Shown: one piece after another, positions 44,985 through 52,948 of the stretch
Layout: each line of letters starts with the position of its first letter
Position numbering within the stretch: the stretch's first letter is position 1
NCBI GenBank assembly: GCA_964458555.1
Contig: CAYWJH010000001.1
Location: 52,031-116,030 of the forward strand
Source of the DNA: an uncultured Spirochaetaceae bacterium
GTDB taxonomy: Bacteria > Spirochaetota > Spirochaetia > DSM-27196 > SLST01
Direction: 5' to 3'
Length of the DNA stretch: 64,000 nucleotides
Notes under the pieces: generated by a model
Told to the model about the DNA's origin: nothing
What the model saw: only the letters and a program-made list of their open reading frames with translations
Database searches by the model: none
Program-made: the position numbers and the translations under genes

Positions 44985-45961
44985 GCGCACCGGCCGGCAG
45001 CCGACGGTGGCGCCGCGTCCTGCCCGCGCCCGCCTCGAGGTTGGCGCTGCTCGCCGCCGCCTGCCTCGTGCTCGCCACGTCCTCGCTCGTGGCCGACCGC
45101 CTCGAGCTCGAGAACGGGGACGTCGTCAGCGGGACGATCGTCGGCATGACGCACGGGACGGTCACCATTCGCACCGACTACGGCACGCTCGAGGTACCGC
45201 GCGAGCGGATCGTCCGGGGCGTTTTCGGCGCCGATGCGGAGCCTGAAGCCCCGCCGGACGACGTCGATGATCCGCAGCCGGCGGCGCGCGCAGACGCCGC
45301 CGGGGCGACGGATCTGGTCTTCAGGTTCCCGCTCGACGGCTCGCTCGAGGACACCACGGGCACATTCACGCTCGTGAACAACGGCATGCGCTTCGTCCCG
45401 GACGCCTCCGGCTCGGCCGAGCGCGCGCTGCGGTCGGACGGGTCGGGAACCTACCTGTCGATCGCGCCACAACCGCTGCTCGACGAGGTGAGCACGTTCA
45501 CGCTCCTGTTTCGCGTTCGCCTCGAGTCGGTGGGGCCCACGCGTTACCTCGTGTCCAAGTGGGATCGAGCCGACGGCGAGACGGCCGACGGCAAGTTCAC
45601 GGTGCAGACGTCCTCGGGTGGCCTCACGTTCTTCCTCGTCGACCCGGACCGGCGCTACCACTGGCTGAGCGCACGGCGCGTGCTCGAGCCGAACGCATGG
45701 CACACCGTGGCGGTGAGCTTCTCCGCCGGGCGAGCGACGATCCACGTCGACGGGGCGGAGGTCGCACGCCGGACCTTCGGGTTCACCGAGCTCGCGACCG
45801 ACGATTCTCCGCTGCTCTTCATGACCGCCGAAGCGAGCACCGACGACCGCTACGGCTACTACAACGCCGAGGGGTCGGTGGACGAGCTGCGGCTCTACGG
45901 CAGAGCGCTCGCCGACGAGGAGATCGCGCTGCTCTCCGGCGGCTCGGCGACCGGCGAGTGA
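44981..45961 (+). CDS. Secreted or anchored LamG/concanavalin-A-like lectin-domain protein
   Basis: GTG 44981 overlaps the mannosidase stop (GTGA). Hydrophobic N-terminus LALLAAACLVLA. The Laminin_G_3-like end reads VDELRLYGRALADEEI. Confidence 0.7.
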   Translation: MSAPAGSRRWRRVLPAPASRLALLAAACLVLATSSLVADRLELENGDVVSGTIVGMTHGTVTIRTDYGTLEVPRERIVRGVFGADAEPEAPPDDVDDPQPAARADAAGATDLVFRFPLDGSLEDTTGTFTLVNNGMRFVPDASGSAERALRSDGSGTYLSIAPQPLLDEVSTFTLLFRVRLESVGPTRYLVSKWDRADGETADGKFTVQTSSGGLTFFLVDPDRRYHWLSARRVLEPNAWHTVAVSFSAGRATIHVDGAEVARRTFGFTELATDDSPLLFMTAEASTDDRYGYYNAEGSVDELRLYGRALADEEIALLSGGSATGE

Positions 45962-46022
45962 CGGCTTCGCCCGCTCGTGCGATCTCGTGGCTGCGTGGAC
46001 ACGCGGATGCGCCGCGCCGGGC

Positions 46023-46607
46023 TCAGTGCGCGAGGGGTACGGTCCTGAGGTCGGTGTAGCGAGAGCCGCCCGGCCCGGGGACGCTCTCGACGAGGAGGAG
46101 CTCGGTCGCGCGGAACGCACGCCGCCGCTCGTCCGCCTCGCGGATCGCATCGCCTATCTCCCGACGCTGTGGCGCGCCGGCGCGCTTGCGAACGTAGCCG
46201 ATCGTGACGTGCGGTCGGAAGGGCCTCCCGTCGAGCTCGTACCCTTGCTCGGTGAGAGCGGCGCGCAGCTCGCCCTCGAGCCGCGCGAGCTCCCGGTCCG
46301 GATCGGCAACGCCCATCCACAGCGTGCGAGGGCGGCGGACGTTGGGAAAGGCGCCGGGGGCCACGAGGTCGAGGCCGATAGGACCATCCGTGCTCGACGC
46401 CGCGTGCCGCATCGCGCCCACGAGGTCGTCGATCCGCGTCGGATCGGTCGCACCGAGGAACTCCAGGGTGACGTGGAGGTTCTCGTCGCGCACCCAGCGC
46501 ACCGCGTCGTCACCAAGCCGCTCGCGCAGCGCGTCGCGCGCTGCCCTGACCTCGGCGAGCGCCTCATCGGAGGGCCGCACCGCGATGAATAGTCTGATGT
46601 CCTTCAT
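46023..46607 (-). CDS. thpR: 2H phosphoesterase: RNA 2',3'-cyclic phosphodiesterase / 2'-5' RNA ligase family
   Basis: From ATG 46607: MKDIRLFIAV. Two HxT motifs, HVTLEFLG and HVTIGYV. The longer track ORF is an upstream extension antisense to ligA. Confidence 0.85.
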   Translation of the reverse strand: MKDIRLFIAVRPSDEALAEVRAARDALRERLGDDAVRWVRDENLHVTLEFLGATDPTRIDDLVGAMRHAASSTDGPIGLDLVAPGAFPNVRRPRTLWMGVADPDRELARLEGELRAALTEQGYELDGRPFRPHVTIGYVRKRAGAPQRREIGDAIREADERRRAFRATELLLVESVPGPGGSRYTDLRTVPLAH

Positions 46608-46613
46608 CCCGGC

Positions 46614-46620
46614 TATATTA
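46614..46620. promoter_or_regulatory. Overlapping -10 boxes for divergent thpR and ligA (TATATT on +, TAATAT on -)
   Basis: The intergenic region is only 18 bp. TATATT is followed by 6 nt and ATG 46626. On the minus strand, TAATAT is followed by 7 nt and ATG 46607. Confidence 0.4.
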
Positions 46621-46625
46621 GGCGC

Positions 46626-48551
46626 ATGGCAGATCGCGTCAATGAACTCGAGCAGCTCATCGTGCGTCACCAGCAGCTCTACTACAACGGCGCGCCCGAG
46701 ATCTCCGACGCCGAGTTCGACCTCCTGTGGGACGAGCTGAACCGGCTCGACCCGTCGAACGCGCTCTTCGAGCGCGTCGGTACCGATAGCGCGGACGGGT
46801 ATCCAAAGCGTCGGCACGTGATCCCCATGGGCAGCCAGGACAAGGCGGCCGACCCGGACGCCTTCCTGCGCTGGGCGGAACGGGTGGGCCACGACGAGTA
46901 CATCGTCCAGCTGAAGATGGACGGGGCGAGCATCGAGCTGCAGTACGAGGCCGGTGCGTTCGGCTACGGCGTCACCCGCGGAGACGGCGTCGTCGGCGAC
47001 GACATCACCCCCAACGTGCGACGCATGCGCGGTCTCGTGGAGTCGCTACCGGACGGCTTCACCGGAGCCGTGCGCGGCGAGGTGCTGCTGAGCCGCGAGC
47101 TGCACCGGGAGAAGTACGACGACAAGGCGAATCCCCGCAACGCGGCGAACGGGCTGATGAAGCGCAAGGACGGTGTCGGCGCGGGCGACCTCGAGATCGT
47201 GTGCTACGACGCGTGGGACTCCACGCGAGACGACTTCTTCGCCCGCGAAGAGGACAAGCTCCTCTGGCTCGCCGGGAACGGGTTTCACGTCGTTCCCTAC
47301 GCGAAGTTCGACGATCCCGCGCCGATCGTCGAGTATCGCACCCGTATCGCCGACGAGCGAGCATCGATGCCGTTCGACATCGACGGGCTCGTCGTGAAGG
47401 GCCAGGAGATCGATCCCGACGATATGCGCCGTGCGCGTCCGGAGCGGCAGATCGCGTTCAAGTTCGAGCTCGAGGAGGCGGCGAGCACGCTGCGCGAGGT
47501 GATCTGGAACGCGTCGGGGAGCCTTTACACGCCCATCGGCGTGATCGACCCGGTCAGGCTCGCCGGCACCACCGTCAAGCGAGCGAATCTCGTCAACCCC
47601 CGCCTCATCCGCGACATGGATCTCCGGCTCGGCTCGCGGGTCGCGGTGACCAAGCGCGGCGAGATAATCCCCAAGATCGAGCGCGTGCTCGAGAATCCGC
47701 CGGATGCGCCGCACATCGAACTGCCGCAGACGTGCGAGCGCTGCGGTAGCGAGCTCGTCGACGAGGGAACGCGGCTCTCCTGCCCGAACCAGGCGTGCCC
47801 GAAGCGCTCGTACTTCCGGATCCGCAAGTGGCTCGATGTTCTCGACGTTCGCGACTTCGGCGACGCGATCCTCACAAAGCTCTTCGAGTCGGGCCGCGTC
47901 ACCGAGATCGCGGATCTCTACACGCTCGACGTTGACGATCTCACCGCGCACGAACGCATGGGTGCGACGCTCGCGAAGAAGATCCTGCGCAACCTCTCGG
48001 TCGTACGGACCGTACCGCTCGCGCGCTTCGTCGCGGGATTCAACATCGAAGGGGTGGGAACGCTGATCATGGACAAGGCGGTGGCGGCCGGGTACGACAC
48101 GCTCGAGAAGCTGCGCGAGGCGAGCGCAGACGAGCTGGCCGAGGTTCCCGGGATCGGCGCGGTGACCGCGCAGACGATCGTCGACGGCCTGAGCGATCTG
48201 GGCCCACGCATGGACGCGCTGCTCGCGACTGGCCGGGTGTCGATCGCCGAGCCGGTCGGCGGTCCGTTCCAGGGTGTGAGCTTCTGCTTCACCGGCTCGC
48301 TCGCCACCATGACGCGGAGCGCGGCGCAGGACCGTGTTCGCGACGCCGGCGGTACGGTCACGAGCACGATCACGAAGGACCTGAGCTATCTGGTGACGAA
48401 CGATCCGGAGTCGGGCAGCAGCAAGAACCGGAAGGCGACGAAGCTCGGAATCCCGATCGTCGATGAACAGCGGTTCCTGGCCATGCTCGCGCATGGCCCG
48501 CTCGCGCATGGCCCGCTCGCGCGCGACTCGGCCGAGGAAAAGAGCCGTTGA
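46626..48551 (+). CDS. ligA: NAD+-dependent DNA ligase (divergent LigA)
   Basis: Adenylation lysine motif LKMDGAS, TRGDGVVGDDITPNV, ANPRNAANG, Cys4 zinc finger CERCGS...CPNQACP, HhH repeats, and a BRCT domain (FCFTGSL...). Confidence 0.88.
   Translation: MADRVNELEQLIVRHQQLYYNGAPEISDAEFDLLWDELNRLDPSNALFERVGTDSADGYPKRRHVIPMGSQDKAADPDAFLRWAERVGHDEYIVQLKMDGASIELQYEAGAFGYGVTRGDGVVGDDITPNVRRMRGLVESLPDGFTGAVRGEVLLSRELHREKYDDKANPRNAANGLMKRKDGVGAGDLEIVCYDAWDSTRDDFFAREEDKLLWLAGNGFHVVPYAKFDDPAPIVEYRTRIADERASMPFDIDGLVVKGQEIDPDDMRRARPERQIAFKFELEEAASTLREVIWNASGSLYTPIGVIDPVRLAGTTVKRANLVNPRLIRDMDLRLGSRVAVTKRGEIIPKIERVLENPPDAPHIELPQTCERCGSELVDEGTRLSCPNQACPKRSYFRIRKWLDVLDVRDFGDAILTKLFESGRVTEIADLYTLDVDDLTAHERMGATLAKKILRNLSVVRTVPLARFVAGFNIEGVGTLIMDKAVAAGYDTLEKLREASADELAEVPGIGAVTAQTIVDGLSDLGPRMDALLATGRVSIAEPVGGPFQGVSFCFTGSLATMTRSAAQDRVRDAGGTVTSTITKDLSYLVTNDPESGSSKNRKATKLGIPIVDEQRFLAMLAHGPLAHGPLARDSAEEKSR
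48486..48522 (+). repeat. 15-bp tandem repeat (ctcgcgcatggcccg, ~2.5 copies) near the 3' end of ligA
   Basis: Read directly. It encodes LAHGP-LAHGP-LA after the BRCT domain. Confidence 0.9.
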
Positions 48552-48600
48552 AAGCGGCCGCCGTGACGAATACACTGAAATCGGTGGTCATGAGGTGAGC

Positions 48601-50094
48601 ATGGACAGAGAGGACGATCTGCCGGAGCTGGAGGCCGACGGTTTCGAACCGGAGGATGAGTTCGACGAGGGCGAAACCCACGTCGACCCCGAAGAGCTGC
48701 GCGAAGAGATCCGGAAGTACTATCTTCCCACCCAACTCGTCGACGCGATCATGGAGATGGGCGGAATTCCCACGGCCAGCGAGGTTATGCTCGTGGGGGT
48801 CGGGTTCATCGACATCGCCGATTACAGCTACCTGTCGCAGTTTCTCAGTCCGCAGGAGAACCAGGACGTCCTCAACGGGCTCTACACCGCGTTCGCGGGC
48901 GTTCTCAAGCGGCACGGCGGTTACCTGAACAAGATCGAAGGTGACAGCCTGATGTTCCACTACGGCGGTAACATCGACCGCCGCGTGAAGGCGATGAGCG
49001 AGGAGGAGGCCGAGCGCTATATTGCAAAGGAGCTCTTCTTCACGTGCGTGGAGATGCAGCGCGTCTGCTCGAGATTCAACCAGGCGGACCAGAAGTTCCT
49101 GCTCGAGGGCGCGAGCGACGACGCTCAGGAAGCGCTGCGCAAGGCCTTCGGCATCATTTCGAACCTGCGCGATTCCGAGCTCGCGAAGACCATCAACGCC
49201 GTCTTTCAGATCCGGATCCGCATCGGCGCGAACATCGGTCACGTTACGATCGGGAACTTCGGGCCGGACGGCGCGAAGCAGTGGGACGTGGTGGGGAACG
49301 CGGTCATCGACGCAAAACGGATGGAGTCGACCGCGCCCATCGGCGGGCTGCGTATCAGCAAGGAGCTCTACGACAAGCTCGTCGAGACGAGGGTCGCCGA
49401 CGAGTACTACCGGCGCTTCCTGCGCGAGGCGCTCGTGCTCGGCAGCTACTACCGAGACATCACGAGGGACGACCTCTTCAAGTACAGCCAGGTTCTCCTC
49501 AAGGACAAGCGGGGCGCGACGTTCGAGACCTACAGCGTTCAGGTCACACCGAACCTCCCCGAATCGATCGCGCAGCAGGTCAGCGACCTGCTCGCGATGG
49601 GACCCAGCGCCGTCGGGCGCATCCTCAAGCTGCTCGAATACTACCGAGGGAATCCGTACGTTATCAACGCGGTCGAGGATTCTTTTCGCGATGCGGGCGT
49701 CGTGCTGCGCAAGCACTACATGCTCGAAACCATGTATCCGCTGCAGCTACAGGAGATCCACAGGCAGTTCGACGGGAACATAGAGAAGATCACCGAGCAC
49801 GTGGACACGCACTTCTCGCTCTACCAGATCCTCGACCGCCTGGGTCGATTTCAGGACATAGTCAAGCAGCGTACCGCCGGGGAAGACGGCTCGGACGAGT
49901 TCACGACCTACGAGGCGTACATGTCCGAGCGTGAGCACGAGATCCGGGCGCAGTACGAGGCGAGCCGCAAGCAGATGGTGCAGCGCGCGTACTTTTTCAA
50001 CGTCGTCTTCCCGCTCGTGTTCGAGAGCATTCGCTCGAGCATCCTCGAGTATCAGCTCGAGCCGGAGGTGCTCGAGGCGTCCGCGGGAGCGTAG
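48601..50094 (+). CDS. Class III nucleotidyl cyclase domain protein with an unknown ~200-aa C-terminal domain
   Basis: GAGG lies 5 nt upstream of ATG 48601. Metal Asp motifs are GFIDIADYS and KIEGDSLMF. Other motifs are IRIRIGANIGHV and GNAVIDAKRMES. Confidence 0.75.
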   Translation: MDREDDLPELEADGFEPEDEFDEGETHVDPEELREEIRKYYLPTQLVDAIMEMGGIPTASEVMLVGVGFIDIADYSYLSQFLSPQENQDVLNGLYTAFAGVLKRHGGYLNKIEGDSLMFHYGGNIDRRVKAMSEEEAERYIAKELFFTCVEMQRVCSRFNQADQKFLLEGASDDAQEALRKAFGIISNLRDSELAKTINAVFQIRIRIGANIGHVTIGNFGPDGAKQWDVVGNAVIDAKRMESTAPIGGLRISKELYDKLVETRVADEYYRRFLREALVLGSYYRDITRDDLFKYSQVLLKDKRGATFETYSVQVTPNLPESIAQQVSDLLAMGPSAVGRILKLLEYYRGNPYVINAVEDSFRDAGVVLRKHYMLETMYPLQLQEIHRQFDGNIEKITEHVDTHFSLYQILDRLGRFQDIVKQRTAGEDGSDEFTTYEAYMSEREHEIRAQYEASRKQMVQRAYFFNVVFPLVFESIRSSILEYQLEPEVLEASAGA

Positions 50095-51302
50095 CGTCGC
50101 CACGCACCGGGTACCCGCCGTGGCCGGCCGCCGAGATAGGCGATCATGCGCTTCGCCGCGTTGTGCGCACCGACGATGTTGCCGGCAGCAGGACCGAGTT
50201 CCTGTTCGGCGAGCGCCCCGGTGACGTAGACTCCGGGAGCCCATTCGAGCGATGCCGATGGAATCGGGAAGCCCTCGCTGTCCACCGGCAGCGGCGAGCC
50301 GGTCGCCTCGCCCGACGCGAGCGCCGCGCGCAGCGAGCCCCCCGGCGGTCCGGGGGCGAACCCCGTCGCCAGCACGACGAGATCCGTGGGCCACTTTCCG
50401 CGTCGCCCGCACAAAACGATCGTCTGCGAATCGGCACGCACCGCCTCGATGACCTCGTCGGTCACGACCTCGAGCCGCCCGTCGCGGCGCGCCTCGTCGA
50501 TCCGCTCGGCGAGCTCCGGGGGAACCGATCCGGGGTTTCGCGCCTCGGCAAGGAGCTCTCGCCTGCGGCCGGGGTCGTCGTCGGCGAGGAAGCGTTCCAT
50601 GCAGGCCGGTCCGATAAAGCACGGATCGGAGTCGAACTGATGCACGCGGATCTTCTCGCGCACGATGAGGCGTGGGCGTCGTGCGAGGTCTGCGGTGTGC
50701 AGCGCGAGATGCGCTGCGGTGACACCACCCCCTACGATGACCGGCTGCGCGGCGTTCTCGGCGACGCGCCGATCGAAATCCTCGTCGAATACGTGGACGA
50801 TTGCGGGGTCGCCGGCTGATGCCCACCACGGCGCGACCGGCCCGGGGGCACGCCCGGGGGCGAGCACGACGCGCCTCGCGTCGATCTCCGATGCGCCGTC
50901 GGTCGCGACGCGCCAGCCGTTCTCGAGGCGTACGATCCCCACCGCCCGTCCGCGAACGTGCAGCGCGGCGAGGTCTTCCCGCATCACGACATCGTCGGCG
51001 TGCGCGTTGAACAGCTCGACCGACGGTCGCGCGTACGGCGGGATGGTGTGCTCGTTGTGATCGTAGCCGTGCTGCGCCGCCCAGGCGAGGAGCGCCGTGA
51101 AATCGGGCGCGAGCGCGTGCGCGGCCGGCGACCGCAGGTAGCGCATCCCGCAATTGTGCGTCCGGCGCTTCCACGCGGCGAGGAGCCGGCGATTGGGGTC
51201 GAGAATGCGGGTTCGCGCCGGATCCGCGTACCCGTGGTGAACGAGCGTGTGTGCGAGGAAGGTTCCGTGGATGCCACCGCCGACGATCAACCAGTCGAGC
51301 AT
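50052..51302 (-). CDS. FAD/NAD(P)-binding oxidoreductase (two-dinucleotide-binding-domain flavoprotein)
   Basis: N-terminal Rossmann motif MLDWLIVGGGIHG, a second motif VIVGGGVTAAH, and LATGF. ATG 51302 is preferred over the TTG 51338 used by the track. Confidence 0.7.
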   Translation of the reverse strand: MLDWLIVGGGIHGTFLAHTLVHHGYADPARTRILDPNRRLLAAWKRRTHNCGMRYLRSPAAHALAPDFTALLAWAAQHGYDHNEHTIPPYARPSVELFNAHADDVVMREDLAALHVRGRAVGIVRLENGWRVATDGASEIDARRVVLAPGRAPGPVAPWWASAGDPAIVHVFDEDFDRRVAENAAQPVIVGGGVTAAHLALHTADLARRPRLIVREKIRVHQFDSDPCFIGPACMERFLADDDPGRRRELLAEARNPGSVPPELAERIDEARRDGRLEVVTDEVIEAVRADSQTIVLCGRRGKWPTDLVVLATGFAPGPPGGSLRAALASGEATGSPLPVDSEGFPIPSASLEWAPGVYVTGALAEQELGPAAGNIVGAHNAAKRMIAYLGGRPRRVPGAWRRYAPADASSTSGSS

Positions 51303-51388
51303 AGCCTCTACAATAGTAACGCCGGTTTCCAGGCTCAACTGCGTGAGTGCGCGTTGCCCATCGGCGCCGTGCGTAGTATTACTGGTCC

Positions 51389-52948
51389 ATGGACAGCGAC
51401 GTACTGATAGTCGGCAGCGGTCACAACGGGCTCACCGCGGGGGCGTACCTCGCGAAATGGGGATACAAGGTCACGGTTCTCGAACGACGCTCGACGATCG
51501 GCGGAGCGGTCTGCACCGAGGACATGTTCGGCGGGTTCAAGCTCGACGTCGGCGGGTCGGCCCACTTTATGATCCATCATACGCCCATCGTCAGCGACCT
51601 CGAGCTGGGCACGTACGGCCTCGAGTACATCCCGCTCGACCCGTTCATGACCGCGCCGTTCGACGATGGAAGCTCGATCAGCTTCTATCGCGATCTCGAC
51701 CGTACCTGCGAGAACATCGCCCGTATCAGCGAGCACGATGCGGACGCGTACTATCGGTTCATCCAACGGTGGCAGCCGCTCAACGAGGCCATCTTCGAGG
51801 TCTTTCTCAAGACGCCGTCCATGCGTAACTTCGGCTCGACGGTCCTGCTCCGTAAGCTCAGCGACACGAAGCAGGAACGCAACGATCTGCTGCGCAAGCT
51901 ATTCGTCAGCTACGGGCGGCTCATCAACGAGACGTTCGAGGACGAGCGGACGAAGGCGGCGCTCGCTTGGTGGGGCGCGCAGAGCGGACCCCCGCCCATC
52001 GACGCGGTGAGCGCGGAGTTTATAGGCTGGCATTCGGTTATCCACAAGCACGGGCCGGCCAGGCCGCGGGGCGGGTCCGGCATGCTCACCCAGGCGCTCG
52101 CCGCCTGCATTCGCGATCACGGTGGCGAGGTGCTGGCCGACCACGAGGTCGAAGAGATCCTCGTGGAGGACGGCCGGGCAGTCGGCGCTCGCACCGTCGG
52201 TGGCGACACCTTCACCGCGAAGCGGGTCATCTCGAACGCTCACGTATGGGTCACCTTCCTCGACCTGCTGGCGAAATGGGTCCCCTCCGACCTGCGTTCG
52301 CGGATCGAGCGGATCCACGTCGGCAACGGGTTCGGAATGGTCGTCCGCGCGGCGATGGAAAAGCTCCCTCGGTACAATCTCAACGACGCGTCGAACGACG
52401 AGGTCCTGCGCGGCCTTCAGCTCCTCTCGCCGACCACGCAATACCTCAACGACGCGTACGCCGATTACCTGCGCGGCGAACCGTCGCGCGACCCTGCGGT
52501 CGTCGCGATGACCTTCAGCGCCATCGACCCGAGCCTGGCTCCGGAAGGTATGCACACGCTCTTTCTCTGGGGTCAGTACTACCCCTACAAGCTGCGCAAT
52601 GGCGGCGGTTGGGACGAGATCGCAGAACGCGAGGCGAAGAAGCTCTTCGGCGTGATCGACCGGTTCGCCCCGGGCACGAGCGACAGCCTCATCGACATGT
52701 ACATCCAGACGCCCAAGGTGATCAGCGAGAAGCATAACATGCCGAACGCGAACGTGATGCACGTGGAGATGGTGATCGACCAGATGTTCATGTTTCGCCC
52801 GCTTCCCGAGCTCTCCCGGTACGCCACGCCGCTACCGAATCTCTTCCTCGCGAGCGCGAGTACACACCCCGGGGGCGGAATCTTCGGAGCGCCCGGGTAC
52901 AACTGCGCGCACGTGGTACGAAAGAGCCTACGACGGATCTTCTTTTGA
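51389..52948 (+). CDS. Phytoene-desaturase-family (CrtI-like) NAD(P)/FAD-dependent oxidoreductase
   Basis: DVLIVGSGHNGLTAGAYLAKWGYKVTVLERRSTIGG and the C-terminal THPGGGIFGAPG. Confidence 0.8.
   Translation: MDSDVLIVGSGHNGLTAGAYLAKWGYKVTVLERRSTIGGAVCTEDMFGGFKLDVGGSAHFMIHHTPIVSDLELGTYGLEYIPLDPFMTAPFDDGSSISFYRDLDRTCENIARISEHDADAYYRFIQRWQPLNEAIFEVFLKTPSMRNFGSTVLLRKLSDTKQERNDLLRKLFVSYGRLINETFEDERTKAALAWWGAQSGPPPIDAVSAEFIGWHSVIHKHGPARPRGGSGMLTQALAACIRDHGGEVLADHEVEEILVEDGRAVGARTVGGDTFTAKRVISNAHVWVTFLDLLAKWVPSDLRSRIERIHVGNGFGMVVRAAMEKLPRYNLNDASNDEVLRGLQLLSPTTQYLNDAYADYLRGEPSRDPAVVAMTFSAIDPSLAPEGMHTLFLWGQYYPYKLRNGGGWDEIAEREAKKLFGVIDRFAPGTSDSLIDMYIQTPKVISEKHNMPNANVMHVEMVIDQMFMFRPLPELSRYATPLPNLFLASASTHPGGGIFGAPGYNCAHVVRKSLRRIFF

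Noticed and set aside
47046-49716. Minus-strand ORFs 47046..48575 and 48370..49716
   Set aside because: They are antisense to ligA and the cyclase gene.
48601-50094. The cyclase considered as part of a Pycsar/CBASS-like anti-phage signalling system
   Set aside because: No effector (TIR, TM, patatin or endonuclease) gene is adjacent. The downstream gene is convergent and the upstream neighbour is ligA. The Lys/Asp pair suggests an ordinary purine cyclase lineage.
49747-51174. A 475-aa minus-strand ORF and other Arg-rich frames over the FAD-oxidoreductase gene
   Set aside because: It is in an alternative frame of the same strand and region as the Rossmann-containing ORF 50052..51302. Its composition (Arg over 25 percent by eye) is not protein-like.
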